Origin: the human T2T-CHM13v2.0 reference genome, Homo sapiens
Assembly: GCF_009914755.1 (NCBI RefSeq)
Contig: NC_060933.1
Strand: one strand, 5' to 3'
Length of the DNA stretch: 64,000 nucleotides
Shown here: positions 63,060-64,000 of the stretch, one piece after another
Position numbering within the stretch: position 1 is the first letter of the stretch
Layout of the letters: every line of letters begins with the position of its first letter
Notes under the pieces: model-generated
The model's database searches: none
Told to the model about the DNA's origin: nothing
Seen by the model: only the letters and a program-made list of their open reading frames with translations
Program-made: the position numbers and the translations under genes

Positions 63060-64000
63060 ATTATTTTTAACACATCTTACTTGTGAAATGAAGACTAGCC
63101 AGCATTTACCAGTGTTGATAATCATCCTAACTGGTACATCTGGTCTTCTCACTTATTCTGAATATCACATATATTCTGTTATATCTTTCTATATCAAATG
63201 TCCAATAAAGCCCAATTATCTGATGTCATATGAAAGCAGCTTGTGGAAGGTGGGACTATTGGAGATGCTGTACCCCTGCTAGGAAGTGGCTCTGGAAAAT
63301 GTTTCATTTAATATCCAATGAGATTGAGTTGGAGCTAATGTCTGAGTGGTAGATATAAACTAAAGCTGAGCTTTCTATGTTCTGCTCAGCCCTTTGATCT
63401 TTTGAGCTTTGCTACCTCTCTTCTTTACCTCCCTACTACCGCCTGCTGCCTGGAGGCCTCCTCTTTTTTTCTAACCCAGAATATAAAATTCTACTTAATA
63501 GTGCATTTTTCAAGGCAGTTAACAGTACAGCTTTCCTCCTTGAAGTCTACTCTGCATTATTGCTATTAGAAGAAGGAGGAACCTGCAGGGATGTGCAAAA
63601 GTTAGACCAAGAAATAAAACATATTGGTGGTCTTCCACCAGATCATGAGTACACCCATATCCATCTTACAGCCCTGGTTTTGCTTTTATGCAGTGGAACT
63701 ATCACCCACTGCTTCTATATGAAACTTCTAAGATTTTCAACCTACAAGTCTTTTCATGCTAAGAAATGGCATTTCTTAAAAGAAAAAAGAAATAAAAGAA
63801 TGTCTGGAAATTAGTTCTACAATGAAGTTACAAATGAGAGCATTGATAATTCAGTCTTATGCTGCTTCTTGAAATATGATGGTTTCTTTTTTGATAGAAG
63901 ATGTCTTTCATATGTAAGCAGCACAAAAAAACTTATAATTTTATATTTTATTCTTAAAATTCTTATAATTTTAATCCCATTAGAATATACTACATAAGTG

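Overview
AT-rich primate genomic DNA, most likely human or great ape (it carries AluY, THE1B and an L1PA2/3-type insertion). No protein-coding gene, structural RNA gene or CRISPR array can be supported; the ORF-track entries are repeat-derived or chance ORFs. A large part of the window is interspersed repeat: a mostly minus-strand L1 graveyard at ~28-44 kb, four antisense Alus, many LTR elements (THE1B, MSTB solo, a full MSTB provirus, MLT1H/J, MLT2A1, MLT2C, MER21A, MER68), DNA transposon relics (MADE1, MER2, MER5, MER103, MER112) and MIR/L2. The first ~13 kb is repeat-poorer and holds a promoter-like CpG patch with a splice donor (~3.2-3.8 kb) and several enhancer-like blocks. My best inference is a long intron of a + strand transcript (probably non-coding here) with a few candidate exons. 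I could not name the locus. Repeat subfamily names come from recalled consensus sequences, and boundaries of old repeats are approximate. I found no novel biological system; the findings are testable regulatory, splicing and TE-architecture leads.
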